IMG/VR virus record: IMGVR_UViG_3300032318_001350
Location: 1-45,567 of that record
Strand: one strand, 5' to 3'
DNA length: 45,567 bases
Source of the DNA: a virus
Taxonomy: Duplodnaviria; Caudoviricetes
Position numbers and translations under genes: made by a program. Positions 45,254 through 45,567 of the stretch are shown here, one piece after another. The notes beneath the pieces were generated by a model, which worked only from the letters and a program-made list of their open reading frames with translations, did not search any database and was not told the origin of the DNA. How positions within the stretch are numbered: the first letter of the stretch is position 1; each line of letters starts with the position of its first letter.

Positions 45254-45567
45254 ACACCTGCCCAAAATGCGGTTCGCCGCAAGCCTCAGAATTAACCCTA
45301 TCAGGTTTTGCGCTCAGAAAAGCAATGTGGTTCGGCTGCGGAAGTCACGTTTTAATAGACGAACCAGAAAAACTCCTCAGCAGAACGAACCAGTGTTGTG
45401 ACCAAGAGGAGATCAATGACCTTCGGCGCAAGGTTGCGGAACTTCAGGTCGCGTTAGACTTCGCCGACGAAGCCATCGATCAGCGGGAGCGTTCTCGTAA
45501 AGATACGGAAACAGAACTCCGCAATGTCAAAGCTGCAAGGGATTATTGGAATAGCAAATGGAAAGAG
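45250..45567 (+). CDS. 5' part of wrap-around hypothetical protein (N-terminal CPKC Zn-ribbon-like motif plus coiled coil); continues at 1..336
   Basis: ATG 45250 overlaps the upstream TGA. 106 open codons to the end (MNTCPKCGS...YWNSKWKE), in frame with position 1. Confidence 0.8.
   Translation, partial: MNTCPKCGSPQASELTLSGFALRKAMWFGCGSHVLIDEPEKLLSRTNQCCDQEEINDLRRKVAELQVALDFADEAIDQRERSRKDTETELRNVKAARDYWNSKWKE

Larger units (their letters stand above)
1..45567. mobile_element. Apparently complete tailed dsDNA bacteriophage genome (podovirus-like organisation, probably lytic)
   Basis: TerL, portal, scaffold, MCP, lysis and PolA modules present. The ORF at 45250 reads through the window end into base 1 in frame. 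No host genes or integrase seen. Confidence 0.93.

Noticed and set aside
1-45567. tRNA genes, integrase/att site, stop-codon reassignment
   Set aside because: No cloverleaf or recombinase motifs noticed; genes are intact in the standard code and all three stop codons are used.

Overview
The window looks like a complete, circularly closed ~45.6 kb tailed dsDNA phage genome: the last ORF (start 45250) continues in frame into position 1. It has two main blocks. The + strand block (39481-45567 then 1-8846) holds small early genes, a pyrimidine-dimer glycosylase, a PD-(D/E)XK nuclease, an AAA ATPase, a MazG-like enzyme, an SSB, a ParB-like protein, a UDG-PolA fusion, an adenine MTase and a DUF3987-like helicase. 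The - strand block (38055 down to 8704) holds TerS, a tail fibre, the lysis genes, TerL, portal, scaffold, MCP, an adaptor, a tail cassette, ejection proteins and a 3027-aa polyvalent virion protein. I saw no integrase, RNA polymerase, primase, tRNA or CRISPR array. Most notable: (1) an 887-aa tail-module protein with two near-equal (257 and 253 aa) xSxT-repeat arms around a short aromatic/acidic tip, suggesting a giant beta-hairpin tube, next to a DUF3431/GT-like gene; (2) a dispersed palindrome GTTCAA-N3-TTGAAC (4 perfect and 4 one-mismatch copies) in a genome encoding a ParB-family protein; (3) a four-copy promoter-like motif GTCGGRTCAAGC-RN-GAT, each copy followed by a hairpin, one leader also holding an H-type pseudoknot; (4) an origin-like A22 tract inside a G.T-wobble inverted repeat. 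All family assignments come from motif recognition by eye; no searches were run.
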